DNA of 64,000 nucleotides from Azolla caroliniana (taxonomy: Eukaryota > Plantae > Polypodiophyta), in NCBI GenBank assembly GCA_043228905.1, contig JBHGNT010000008.1, forward strand, positions 9,052,001 through 9,116,000, in the 5' to 3' direction. Shown here one piece after another: positions 45,544 to 58,485 of this stretch. Below the pieces are notes generated by a model. It ran no database searches. It saw nothing but the letters and a program-made list of their open reading frames with translations, and had not been told where the DNA came from. Every line of letters begins with the position of its first letter. Position 1 is the stretch's first letter. A program made the position numbers and the translations under genes.

Positions 45544-47225
45544 ATAGCCTAATGTTGACTTTCAATTGTCCGTATTTCTGGCATAAGTCGGAGTCAGTGT
45601 AACCTTCGACTTCGGTTCAGGTTGTCAAACCGAAAGTCAGTTGTGTATCTTTAGTCCCTTTTAGGTACCTGAAGATGTGCTTGACGGCCTCCCAATGCTT
45701 CTGTCCTGGATTTGACATGTACCGGTTGACCACCCGTACGACATAGGCTAGGTCGGGTCGGGTCACCACCATTGCATACATGATACTTCCTACGGCCGAT
45801 GCATAGGGTATCTTTCCATTAATCTCTCTCTTCTTGTCCGTTGAAGGACAGTCTCTGTTTGATAGTCGGATCGATGTCGGAAACAATGTTGGTGTTGGAT
45901 GTTGAAGCACTTCAACACCTTTTGGATATAGTTAGGCTGGGAGAGTTGGAGAGTCTAGGTCATCTGATTTCGCTCAATCCTCATGCCCAGTATGTGACGG
46001 GCTTTTTTGAGTTCCTTCATCACGAACTTGTCGTGAAGGCTCCGCTTAAGCTTTCCGATCTCTGCTTGGTTGCGTCCTGCATTTAGCATGTCGTTGACAT
46101 ATAGGATCAAATAAATCATAGACTCGTCGGCCAGTTGTCAAATATACATGCATGGGTCGGAGTCGGATCGGCAGTATCCAAGTTACCTGATGTAGGAGTC
46201 GAACTTTTGGTACCACATCCTCGACGATTGTTTCAAGCCATAGAGGCTTTTCTTCAGTCGGCATATGAGGTGACTTTCCTCCCCCGTCTCCGTGAAGCTT
46301 GTCGGTTGAGACATGTAAATTTCTTCTTCCAGATCTCCGTGTAGGAATGTTGTCTTTACATCCAGCTACTCTAGCTCGAGGTCTTATGTCGCCACAACTC
46401 CTAGTAAGAGTCGGAGGGTGGTCATCTTAACTACTAGTGAGAATATCTCGTCGTAGTCAACCCCGTGTTCTTGTTTGAACCCTTTCGCGACAAGTCGAGC
46501 TTTGTACTTGGGTTTCTCTGAGTCAGATACATATTTGTATTGGAAAACCCATTTGCAAGGTAGTGACTTTCTTCCAGTTGGTAGTTCGACTAGCTCCCAT
46601 GTCTTTGTGAATCGAGCCCATTTTGGATTTCATGGCTTGTTGCAATGTTTCAACGTCCGTTGCGGCGGCCATAGCTTCTTCATAAGTGCTTGGTTCTCCT
46701 GCATCAGTGTAGTTGGCGTAGTCAGGTCAGGTTGGTAGAACTCTGTCTACCTTCGAGCTCGTCTAGATCTCCTAGGTGCCGAGTTAAGAGGTTCGGATTC
46801 TTCGATCGGCTCTGTCAGTCAATCGATATTTGTTGAACTATTTGTGTCAGGAGTCTTGTTAGGTGACCCACCCCCACGCTGGGATTTCAGTGGTGTCATA
46901 GCTTTCTCCCCCATGAACTTTGTCGACTAGGGTCTGTTTCCAAATCGCATCATGTTGACTTTGCTTTGTTCGACTCTTGTTGAATCATCTCTGTCTTTGA
47001 TGGCTTTGTCTTCGAGATCGACTAGTGCACCTCCTACCGATTCGGAGTCGGAGTCGGTAGGTACGTTGTCGGCTTGGTCGAGTTCGACTGTTTGTTGAAT
47101 CTCTTAATCGGCCCGGTGGATCGTTCCTTCTACGACGTCTCTGTCGTCTTTGAAGGATACCTTTTTATTGACTATTTTCTACTAATTCCACTCAGAGAAT
47201 ATAGAGTCTTTATTGAGGACTACGT
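45544..47225 (-). pseudogene. Copia Z integrase tail, linker and RT (degenerate)
   Basis: [39 protein letters not shown]. Confidence 0.85.
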
Positions 47226-48073
47226 TGTTGTGAAGAAAACTGGCCTTAAGAGGAATTGGAGGATAAAGCATGTGAACCGACCTTTACATGTGGACACGTA
47301 AATTGGCAAGTTTGTACATAACTAGGAATAGGTCAGCCTGATGTAAATATACTAGGTAGAACATATTTATTAGCTACAAAATCGATGCGTATCTCTGTCC
47401 GAAGGGACAGAGAATAAACACAATGTAAATAGGACATGGCAATCCCTCCCCTGCGGCTATAAAAGGAAGTGGAGAAGGTTGAAAGGGTATCACGTTTTGC
47501 CGAGGACGAAGTGTTGTCAGACTGGGTACTGAGCATTCTTCTCCTCATTCCCGTTGATCTCTACAAATTTTGGTCGGTCGCCCCTACTCGCGAGAAAAGC
47601 CCGGTGTTGTTTGCCGAAATTGTAAACGCCGGACAGAACGCGTAAATATATTAGAAGCATTAAGAAAAGAAATGTAACGGTTTACGCGAGAAGCGTGAAC
47701 GGCTGAACGCCCTGTGTATATAAATGGCAGAAATCCTTTGTAAGAGGTAGCATGTAATTTTTAAGTGTGAGGTTTTCTTTTCTAATAGAATCTTATCTTC
47801 TCTGATATTCGGTGTTTGTGCAACCCGTGTTGTCTTGTGTAATCTTTGTACTATTCGTAAGTGTGTCTCTGAGAGCGTAGGGTAAGAGTCAACGTAGTAG
47901 CGCACTCAGGTTCTCGGTCGTAGCCGTGAACCTTCACCCATAGGATACGCGTTATTACGCAACCGACGGAGTACGGCTCACGCCTCATGTGACGGCCTAC
48001 CTTGCCACGCAATCACCTTGAGGTCTATCTCGAAGGTCTGAAGAGAGACAGTGTTACATATCGGTAACACGTT

Positions 48074-48087
48074 TGGCACACCCGGTG
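48074..48087 (+). promoter_or_regulatory. PBS of G (tRNA-Arg(UCU)-like)
   Basis: TGGCACACCCGGTG, 4 nt after the LTR. tRNA identity is from recall. Confidence 0.72.
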
Positions 48088-48091
48088 ATCT

Positions 48092-51000
48092 GTGATTTCT
48101 CGTAGACGAACAACAAGGGATGGATGTCTAGTCGTAGATGACCCAGAGAACCAACCTGGCAAGACTGACCACTCACGAGGTCCAATCACACACCAGACAG
48201 AGGAGCATGCAAAGCAAAAACCTCGCTTTAGTTATTCCCTTCAGGACTACAAAGTCGACTCCACGCTCGCAGAACACTGCGACGTCAAGCAGGAAGTCCT
48301 ATCACCACACGAGAACCGTGGTCTTCTCCTGCCCACCATAACATCCGGAATGGCCTTCTCCTATCCACGCTTCAACGGCGAAACAGACGCTGCAAGCCAC
48401 ATCCGGCTGTTCCTGAATGTTTGGAACACTAATCACATGGCGCAGCGGCTTCTAGTAGCAGAAGCGCACGAATCAAAGATTGAAGAGTTCGGATTAACTC
48501 TGGATGGTAGAGCAATGTACTGGCACTCTCAAATGGACCTAGAAGCAATCACGACCTTCGATCAGTTGCAATCAGCATTTTTGCGATTTTTTCATAGAAG
48601 GCGCAACGAGAGATTATTGGACAATTTTACACCATCAAGCAATCGCCAACAGAATCCGTCGCGGATTTTAGTCTATTATTCCAAAGTCTGCGACGGCAAC
48701 TTATACGGGCCCCAACAGACGAGGAAGCTAAGGAGACATTTTTGGCAGCACTCTGACGACCTATCAGAACGACACTGAACACGCATAGTGTGAAAGGAGA
48801 AACAACCGATATGGTTATAGAACGGGCATTACAGCTCGAATTCGAGGAAGAAGATGACGGATTTTCCATGTCGTCGTTACGACAGGCATTGCCTCAGGAC
48901 GAGGAACACCGCTTCCGCCAGGCTATTCAGTGCACGATAGGTCTCAACTCCGGGCATTCCGCGATGGAATGCAATATGCAAATTCATTGCCCAATTTGTC
49001 ACTCAAAGGCACACACGGTCGAGCAGTGTGAATACAATATGCTTAACAGACGCGTAGAACCACAGAGGCCACTTCGCTGAAATGATCAAGGGCGACAAGA
49101 GGAACGACCCTGATACACGGAACAAAATATGCACGAAGACCATCAGTACCGTAATTGCCGGAACAACAACTTATATTCCGATGAAGAGGAATTGGAGGAC
49201 GAAAAATATCGGGGCAACAACCTATATAATAGGGGGGGCATCGTTATAACAATCAACGTTTTGCAACCAATCCCAGGGGATTCAATGGACCACGGCCACA
49301 GGGACATAATACGCAGTATAAGGAGAAACGTCGGTACGACGGAAGTTCGGACGATATGAATGGTGCCAGGAGACACATCGCGAACCTCGGAACCCACCAC
49401 GGAATAACAGGAGGTTTCAACAAAACTGGGATGAACAAACAATAGCCACGGAAACGGCTACACCGCCAGAGAGAGAGACATGCGAGTCCAGTGTCCATTG
49501 GTTCGTATGCCAACAACCCAGACATTATGCGACTCAGTGTCCACTTCGCAAAGGCAAAGGACCCACCGTAAATACGATTACGGTGGAAGTTCAACAAGTG
49601 ACAACACGGCAGCAAACCAAGAATGCGGACTGGACTGTGCAAGAGGAGATATGCAAAGTGGCCCAAGCCTGGGTAGAAAAGCTAACGCGGCAAATACGGA
49701 ACGTATGAGGCAGGAATCCGCGAACAACTTACCAAGGGGAGAAGATACAACATCACCGGATTCCATATCGCAAGCACTGGAGGACTACGAGATAACGATG
49801 ACCATGGAGAAGCTCCTCTAACTGGTTCCACGATTCCGACAAGCAGTGCAGAATCGCATTACGGGCACATCTAGGATAGATGTCTCGACAAATTTTGCAG
49901 AAACCAGTTCCGGTCCAACAGTAGTAGACCATCACAACCCAGTCATGAAACTGGTGATACAGGGTCAAGAAGTCAATGGATGTATAGTCGATGGGGGTTC
50001 CGGCGTCAATGTCATTAGTATGACTACATGCGAATGATTAGGAATTTCGAATTGGGAAGTTTGCCCTTTTTGGCTTCACATGGCAGACACCAGATCAGTC
50101 CGACCCTTAGGGTTGATCCGGAAATTAGGCATTATTGTCGGCGGTCATCGTTTTGACATTTCGGCAATGGTATTGGCACTTGACGCACCAGGAGCGTACC
50201 CAATATTGCTCGGTAGACCGTGGCTTCAGACGGCTAACATCAAATAGGACTGGCAGCATAACTGTATCAGTTTCCAAGAAGGACGCAGCAAATTCCACGT
50301 ACTCACTCAGGAAATGGCTGCACAACCCAAGGGCATAACACCATTATATGCAGAAGACATAAATATTGAAGGGGTAGATGATGCGGAGCTGGAAGCATAC
50401 CTTGATGATCACCCGCGGATCGTCCCATTATTTGAAATTGATATTATGGAAACCATTGCAGATTACGCGCCCAGTGATACGCTTCAAGATGAGGCATACA
50501 AGCCGGATCAAGAATCGTTGCTAGAGCTAAGCAGGGCACGAGCAGCGTTTGACCGGGAAATGGAAATCTCACGGCAAGTCTCAACCTCAGCATTAGAAGA
50601 CGTCAACGTCGGAACGACAACGGATCCATGAGTACTCTCGATTGCAAAGGATTTACCCCCGAGTCAGAAGGAAGCAATGATAGCGTTGCTCAAGGAATAT
50701 AAAGATTTGTTCACTAGGTCCCACGAAGACATGAAGGGGTTGGACCCGAAGTTTTACCAACATAAGATCAACTTACCTACTGATCCCGTACATCAGCGTT
50801 AGTATCGAATGAATCCGAATTACGTGGCTCGCGTAAAAGAGGAAATTGACAAACTTCTTAACGCAGGGTTTATTCGACCAGTTAAGCAAGCTACGTGGCT
50901 AAGCCCAATATTCATAGTACCCAAAAAAAATGGCAAAATCCACGTTTGCGTAGACTATCGGAAATTGAACGTTGTAACAATTACAGATGTGTTCCCCTTA

Positions 51001-53100
51001 CCTTTCACTGACATCGTAGTAGACGCAGTCGCAGGGCATGACATGTATAGTTTTCAAGACGACTTCAACAGATATAATCAAGTGCGCATGCATACTGATG
51101 ACTAAGAGAAGACGGTGTTTGTCACCGACTAGGGGTTTATGTCGCGGTAGTCATGATGTTTGGGTTAAAGACGGCGCCTACCCCATTCTAGCGGACAATT
51201 ACGGAAATTTTCGGGGAATACATACCCGCCTTTATGCAAGTCTTTCTGGACGATTTCGCGGTGTATGGGACAAAGGCCGAACATCTAAGTCATTTAGGGC
51301 TTTGTTTGGAGCGTTGTCGTACTGCACGCTTAAGCCTGAATCCTGTTAAATGCGCATTCGGCGTCACCATTGGAGCCCTTCTCGGCCACATTGTAAGCAA
51401 GGAAGGGATAACGGTGGACCCGAATAAAATTTCCACAATCATTCAAGCAAAAACGCCAATGACTTCCAAAGCACTCATCCGTTTTTTGGGACAAATACAT
51501 TGGCATAGTCGTATGTTACGATATTTGGTAGATTTCGCTACGTCACTCCACGTTGCCGTACACCGCTCACCTTTCAAATGGACGACAGTCGAAGAAAAAG
51601 TGTACGATGCACTTAAAATAATGTTAACACAAGCATCGGTCGTACAACCACCGGATTGGGTGAAACCATTCCATGTCTTTGTGGATGCTTCAGATATGGC
51701 AATAGGCAGCACGTTGATGCAACTCACGAAACCAAATTGGTACAAACCGGTCTATTACGCCAGTCGAAAGCTATCAACGGCCGAACGGAACTACTCCATA
51801 ATAGAACAAGAGGCGCTAGGAATGATATACAACATCAATAAATTCCGCCATTATCTGCTGGGGCGAAAATTTACGTTTCACGTAGATCATGCGGCGTTGC
51901 TCTACCTTGTGGAGAAACAGGCGCGGACAGGAAAACTGGCTAGATGGATGTTATTGCTCCAAGAATTCGACTTCATAATTCAGCATCGCCCAGGTACGCA
52001 ACACGTCGTGGTAGATTTCTTGAGCAAGGTGGATAACGAGGAAACTGCAAGGACAGATAATGATGACTTTCCCGATGCGGATTTTCTGTGGGTCGCGATG
52101 GTAGCGTCACGGGAAGAGAAAAATTTTCCAGATCGATGGCTAATGGAAATGATGTACTTTTTGACAAAAAGAATTAAGGACGGACAAAAAGAAGCGATTG
52201 GTTGTTTGTAGCCCTAACTTTTGCCTAGTCGAAGGAATACTATATCACAAGGGCAGCGATGGAATCTAGTGATGCGGGGTACGTCAGGATGAGAAGGAAG
52301 CTATTTTGCATGAAGCTCATTGTGGTACGGCAGGGGGGCACCACGTAGGAGATGTTACGGCCAGAAAAATATGGCAAGCAGGTCTATGGTGGCCGACCAC
52401 GCAAAAGGACACACACCTTTATTGCAAGCAGTGTGTGATATATGTCAACGATTGGGTCAGCCCACGGAGGGCGCGAGAATGCCACATCAACCCGTTCTTC
52501 CGCTAGATCCATTCCAGAAGTGGGGTCTTGATTTTGTGGGACCCTTTTCACCAACAACAACACGAACAGGCAATAGGTATATTCTGGTAGCCACGGACTA
52601 TTGCACTAAGTGGGTGGAAGCAAAGGCGCTACGGGACAACACGGCGGCATCTACGGCAAAAAAATTGTACGAATACATCTGGTGCCGTTTTGGTTGTCCC
52701 ATCGAGCTCATCAATGATCAAGGGAGTCACTTTCTAAATTCAGTCATCCACGAGCTCACGCACCATTACGTCGTCGTCCATAAGAAAATCACGTCGCACT
52801 ATCCACAGGCGAATGGAGCAGGAACAGAGACAGCGTAAATCATTCGTCGATCGACATCGAGTCACACGGGGGAATGACTTCGCAGTCAAAAAGGCTGTAT
52901 TGGTCTTTCAAACACGCATGGGTCAGATGGCTAAGAAATTAAAATTCCGCTGGACAGGGCCGTACTGGATAGTCGGAGCGGAAAATGACACTTTTCAATT
53001 AGGCACCTTGGCCGGAGAGGTACTTCGACAAAAATTAAAATGGGTTTTGATTGAAACCCTATCTGGGAGATACGCCTCCAAACCCATTCCACGCCGTGAT
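48092..53100 (+). pseudogene. Gypsy G gag-PR-RT-RH-IN (degenerate)
   Basis: [65 protein letters not shown]. Confidence 0.9.
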
Positions 53101-53170
53101 TGCCACAACAGAGGGGCCCATACATTAATTAATAAGTTGGGGGCCACTTGTAAAATACTATAACGTAATC

Positions 53171-54750
53171 ATGTATTTAATCGTTAAAAAAAGAAAAAGA
53201 AAAAAGGAGAAGGTAGTGACGACTATTAAAAGGGACTTTATGCATGCACAAACTTCTAGGGCAAGAACACGCAGCACTACGATGTCACACAGACCAATGC
53301 ACTCTAAACCACAAAAAGAGGAAAGTAGAAGGTTTTCTGCGCATTACAGACAACAAACCTCTCCTCTCTCTTCTCGCTCGCCTTGCTCTCCACCATACAA
53401 TAGAGCTCGCGCTCACCATAACCTGCAATCTTCGACTAGCCTTCACGAGCCCCATCCACCCCCGATGTTGATCACTATCTCTGCAGCTCTACGCAAATGG
53501 CTCCTAGAAAAGGGGTTTGAAGGCTATATCAGGGTTGCCGACGCACCACCGCACCCTGAGGCTCTTGACATAACCAAGAAGTTGAATGTGGACACAGTGA
53601 CGAACGCCACCGTTTGGAAGAAACTCGGGTTATCGGCGATTGGGGAAAAGCACTTCGACATTTCTCCTGCTAAAACACTCGGGAAATACTTTGGAGAATA
53701 CTCAACGTCGGCTAAAGCATACAGAACGAAGGATATTCCAAATCCATTTTTTTAGGAAGTCGCCAAGTTCCTACTGGAGGTCGAGTGCGTACACGTCAAT
53801 GCATACGGGATGCCTAAACAAAAAGCAGGCCTCATCATCGAAACCTTCGAAGCATGTGTCATACACTAGGGTGTAATCACGGGGCCAGCACTTAGGGAAG
53901 GACTCTACGCGTATCAAGCTGGGAAGAAACTCCAACCGATCATTCAATAGTAACTTACTGTACTATTTCCTCCTCGCGGACTCCTCGTCCCCACACCAAG
54001 CAAACCGATGCCTCCGCCGCGATCCACAAAACGACAGCTAGCAGAGTTAGCTACCACCGAATGGGAGGAAGAAGCACAACCTTCTCCTACCACCCAACAG
54101 ACGACACAGAAGGAACCACCGGCCAAAGACGCTGAGATGCAACCCTCCGGGACGGGAGGAAGCCCAAAAGTCGGAAGCAACGATCATAGGACTACGGGAG
54201 TTATTGGAAAAGAAGAAAGCGTGGTACGACAAGCAACTCGTACAGGAATGGGAGGTGACGCATCAGGTAGAAGTTTGCCTGAACAATGAAATGGGCCAGC
54301 TAGAGGAACTACACTTGAAAGAATCTCAAATATGGGCAGAGATGAAAAACCATTATGAGGAAGCGGATACGGTTAATAAGCGAGAAATCGAAAACCACTA
54401 AAAAACCCTGGGAGAAGCGCAAAACCACTCCCAAGTGATAACCGATAACATACGCATACTTCTTCAAACAAATCGGGAGAGGTTTACGGCGCAATTATGA
54501 CGCTACCCAAAGGCTGGATGGCGTGGCCAACATAAGCGGTGGAGTTGCATACCTACTGGGCGGACTGGGAGAAACAAAGGAAAGAAGGCAGAGGTTTCTA
54601 CAAACTCAATGAGGAAGGCATTGCAGCAGTACGCAAGGACCTAGCATAGGATTATCGCACGCTAGCGGACCGACACTTCGAGGAACTCGCACAGCTGTTA
54701 GACGACTTCGGGGAAAGTCAAGAAGATATTTTCAGCCGACTAATGGAGAT
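53171..54750 (+). pseudogene. G extra ORF 3' of pol, homologous to the D/F extra ORF
   Basis: LRKWLLEKGFEGY...KYFGEYSTSAKAYRT versus F AKKWLRQHGLEGF...KYFGEYSLVSKGYRT. C-terminal RKEG..FYKL.EE.IAAVRKDLA versus RKEGDECYTLTSEDFTAIRDELA. Confidence 0.8.
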
Positions 54751-55406
54751 GTGCACAAAACCATGTGTGAAAGTGTTTTTAGAATTCAAGGTATTGAAGT
54801 CTACAAGAATATAAGGTATGGTGCGTTCACATCCGGAAGGCAAGATCACGAGCTAAGGTCTTGAGGATAAGTCAAACAAAAAGCAAGTCACGTGGAGAAA
54901 AGTAAAAGAAGAAAAAAGCGGGCACCAAAATGCAGTCTACAACGAACGCTCATAACTCATTCTTTTGGAAGCCAAATATAATGTGTAAATATGGGTTGGA
55001 AAGTTTGTGAAGAGAGCTATCCATAGGTTTTTAAAGCTCTAAATTTAGAGCTTCTACGAGGGAGATATGACGATTAGAAGATCGTTGTATCATAGCTAAG
55101 AATAGGAGATGGAAAAGCTGTAAAAAAAGCGTGGAAAAGAAAGCAAGCGAAACTTATCTACTAGAGGAGAACTTCATATAAAGCAAGAAGAGTGAGGTAG
55201 TGAGGGGAGCTTTTTTCTTGTGGTGTTTTTCTTGCCTATTCATGTAGTGCGTTTTTCTAGTGATCAATTCATCCTTGTAGGCTTGAGTTTATGTATCTTC
55301 TTTCTCTTGTTTCTATGATCATCACTCCTTATTAATATATCTTTGTAGATTTGGGTTTCTATATCTTCCTTCTCTCTCTTTTCTATCATCATATCTCTTT
55401 TCATTT

Positions 55407-55423
55407 TGGCGCTCCAGGGAGGG
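55407..55423 (+). promoter_or_regulatory. PBS of I (tRNA with a G discriminator, possibly Asn)
   Basis: Starts with TGG, 3 nt after the LTR, and is followed by TCGA (T-loop complement). The isoacceptor is a guess. Confidence 0.65.
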
Positions 55424-55553
55424 TCGATCCTTTCTGTATAACGGGAGGAACGGTTGTCCACTAATTGATGGTTGGATCTACCGATTCATCATCAAACTAA
55501 TGGCATGATATGGAGTTCGCGATGCGACAGATCTACGAAGAGAACTTTTCCAA

Positions 55554-57173
55554 TTGCGTATGGTTTCACCAATGTGCTACCTCGAGTATGAGAAGACGGT
55601 TTTGGATATATGGTCCACTTGGATTGGACTTGTTGGAGGCGTTGAAGATGTATACTTCAAGATGGAAAGATTCAAAGCAGGGCTAGATCCATATTTTCAA
55701 TATGAAGTGCATATGAAGTACCCAAGGTCTTTCCATGATTTGCTTCGAGTATGTCAAAGTTATGATCAACAATTGAAGAAGTTGTTATTCGGTGAAGCAT
55801 ATGGATTATCGGCATCATATACCATAAATCCAAGCTATAATAATTGTGGATCGGTCATGAGCCAACAACCAGCCTACTTGCAATGTCCGATTCAACATGT
55901 TCCCTCATATCATTATTCTAATTTTTGGAGTTATAATGATGTCTATGAAGGTGATTCCAGAGACAATGAAGAAGAGGTGATGAATGTGGAGTCCCCCCAT
56001 CTAGTTCATGAGGACAACCATGATATAAAGAATGATGATGTGAAAGACGAATCTAAGGAGATAGTTATGAGAAGCGATGTTATGGATGGTGATGCCAATG
56101 TACATCATGTTGAGGACATTATTGATACAACAAGTGATATGGTGGTTGATGATGAATATGTGCAAGATGAAATGGAAGATATGACAAAAGAAGTTGTTGA
56201 TGGTGAAGTACCCACAACGAAGTTGCAAGATGAAGAAGGTAACCTAGAAGTGATAGCTGGAGATTGGCTTTTGGAGATCAATGCGTGTAAGGAAGCATTG
56301 GTAAGTGCCAAGTTGCAGTGTATGAAGGTGTTCGTGCATGATTTATGTTTTGGATTTGCATTGAGTAGCAACAAAGTTATGTGGGCATCAACTCTTCAAC
56401 AACAATTTGACCAAGAGCCAAGAGATTTACTTGTAATGCATGATTGGAGTATCATTAACTTATCACCATCAAAGGATCCACCACAACTAATCAAATGTAT
56501 AAAGGAGAAGGAATCATCTATCGACATTGGCAAGCAAGAAGAGGAAAGCATAACAATTGATGAATATTCGTGGGATAGGGAAAACAAATCATTCCACATG
56601 GTGTCTAAGGAGGAAGAAGAAGTCATTGAAGAGAAAAGTATTATCACCCTAAAGGGGAAAAAGAAGATGATTTCAAACGATGTCCAAGGAGAAGAGGATC
56701 TAAGGTTTATTTCTCTCTTTTTTAAGTTTACAAAGTTATTCATAAATGAGTATTCACAGATAAGAGTAGAAGGCATCAAGCACCACATCAAGTTGGAGAA
56801 TTTGAAGTTTGTCTCACTTATTGTGGTTGTTCCAAAGGAGAAAGACGTCAACTTCCAATCCTTGAATGATTCAACCAAACGAGATTTATTTTTGCTTCCT
56901 TTTCGAGATGAGATTCTAGATGAAATGGTCATACATAAAAAACAAGGTAATGTGGAGAATGTGGTGTGCCAAGAAGAAAGTCATGTTGATGAAGCAAAGA
57001 TTGACATAATTCAAAATATGACAATTCTGACAAGTCTCGAAGCTTTGAAGGTATTTGTACAAAAGGTTCGCTCGCTCGAAAGATTTATTCATATGTTAAC
57101 ATGCTTACTTCTATCAAGAGTTATGTATCACATAGACCTACTTCTGTTTGGAAAGTTGATGAAGATATACTAA
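55554..57173 (+). CDS. Element I ORF (539 aa): Gag-like N-terminus, acidic linker, collapsed RT remnants without the catalytic motif
   Basis: KMERFKAGLDPYFQYEV.MKYPRSFHDL (gag-like). SLIVVVPKE, NFQSLNDSTKRDLFLLPFRDEILD and VDEAKIDIIQNM (Gypsy RT pieces). No YxDD. ATG at 55560. Confidence 0.72.
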   Translation: MRMVSPMCYLEYEKTVLDIWSTWIGLVGGVEDVYFKMERFKAGLDPYFQYEVHMKYPRSFHDLLRVCQSYDQQLKKLLFGEAYGLSASYTINPSYNNCGSVMSQQPAYLQCPIQHVPSYHYSNFWSYNDVYEGDSRDNEEEVMNVESPHLVHEDNHDIKNDDVKDESKEIVMRSDVMDGDANVHHVEDIIDTTSDMVVDDEYVQDEMEDMTKEVVDGEVPTTKLQDEEGNLEVIAGDWLLEINACKEALVSAKLQCMKVFVHDLCFGFALSSNKVMWASTLQQQFDQEPRDLLVMHDWSIINLSPSKDPPQLIKCIKEKESSIDIGKQEEESITIDEYSWDRENKSFHMVSKEEEEVIEEKSIITLKGKKKMISNDVQGEEDLRFISLFFKFTKLFINEYSQIRVEGIKHHIKLENLKFVSLIVVVPKEKDVNFQSLNDSTKRDLFLLPFRDEILDEMVIHKKQGNVENVVCQEESHVDEAKIDIIQNMTILTSLEALKVFVQKVRSLERFIHMLTCLLLSRVMYHIDLLLFGKLMKIY

Positions 57174-58485
57174 TTGTTGTAACCTCTTTCTTTGTTTTGA
57201 CAAGGAGAAAGATGGTGATGGCAATTGTCAATGTGTATGTGTGTGTGTTTAGAAGTGTGAGGTTTTTCCTATCGACTAGCGGGGGTTTTACTCACATAGT
57301 TTGTTTCTTTTCTCTTTATTTTCTCCTTCTTTGTCTATAGCCATGAATAAGGCGAAGCAGAACCTTTAGTTTTATTAGTAGCTTAGGGTTCACCATAAAT
57401 GGTTCACAAAAAAGCAAGGGGGAGGGCTAAATGTGAAAGTGTTTTTAGAATTCAAGGTATTGAAGTCTACAAGAATATAAGGTATGGTGCGTTCACATCC
57501 GGAAGGCAAGATCACGAGCTAAGGTCTTGAGGATAAGTCAAACAAAAAGCAAGTCACGTGGAGAAAAGTAAAAGAAGAAAAAAGCGGGCACCAAAATGCA
57601 GTCTACAACGAACGCTCATAACTCATTCTTTTGGAAGCCAAATATAATGTGTAAATATGGGTTGGAAAGTTTGTGAAGAGAGCTATCCATAGGTTTTTAA
57701 AGCTCTAAATTTAGAGCTTCTACGAGGGAGATATGACGATTAGAAGATCGTTGTATCATAGCTAAGAATAGGAGATGGAAAAGCTGTAAAAAAAGCATGG
57801 AAAAGAAAGCAAGCGAAACTTATCTACTAGAGGAGAATTTCATATAAAGCAAGAAGAGTGAGGTGGTGAGGGGAGCTTTTTTCTTGTGGTGTTTTTCTTG
57901 CCTATTCATGTAGTGCGTTTTTCTAGTGATCAATTCATCCTTGTAGGCTTGAGTTTATGTATCTTCTTTCTCTTGTTTCTATGATCATCACTCCTTATAA
58001 ATATATCTTTGTAGATTTGGGTTTCTATATCTTCCTTCTCTCTCTTTTCTATCATCATATCTCTTTTCACCATGGTTCTAAACCCATGGTTTGTGCCTGA
58101 CATAAGCAAAACCGTGTGCACAAAACCATGGTTTTAGCCTAGGGTTTTGTGCATGTCACAAGCATGGAAAGACCTATAAAAGCCTCTAGTTGGGCTTGTG
58201 TAAGGGGGACTCAATATGTGATATCACCAACACCATTATCATCAATATAATTATATTTGTCTTTATCTTCTTCATATTTTTTCTACTTCTCAAGTGTACA
58301 ATCTTTCTTCTTCTCAAGTAAACCAATTTCATCTAATCTTACATTGATCGTCATCTCTTCGATAATTCTGCAAACATCCTCCCCAGTCCAAGACCTCGGT
58401 GGTCGCTCGAGTAGCACACGCACGCGCCAATCTTCGCAACATCATTTGGTGAACCCGATGTGAAGAGCAGCAGGGGAGGACGAAG

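Larger units (their letters stand above)
54766..58069 (+). mobile_element. Young non-autonomous LTR element I (3.3 kb)
   Basis: 638-bp LTRs 54766-55403 and 57432-58069 with about 4 differences by eye. TSD CCATG. PBS TGGCGCTCCAGGGAGGG from 55407. PPT AAGGGGGAGGG at 57416-57426. Confidence 0.93.

Noticed and set aside
47824-47835. Alternative start of G's 5' LTR (CCCG|TGTTG)
   Set aside because: It would exclude the TATA box near 47716 and give only a 4-bp match. The start at 47555 gives a full CCCGT TSD and a coherent host LTR J.
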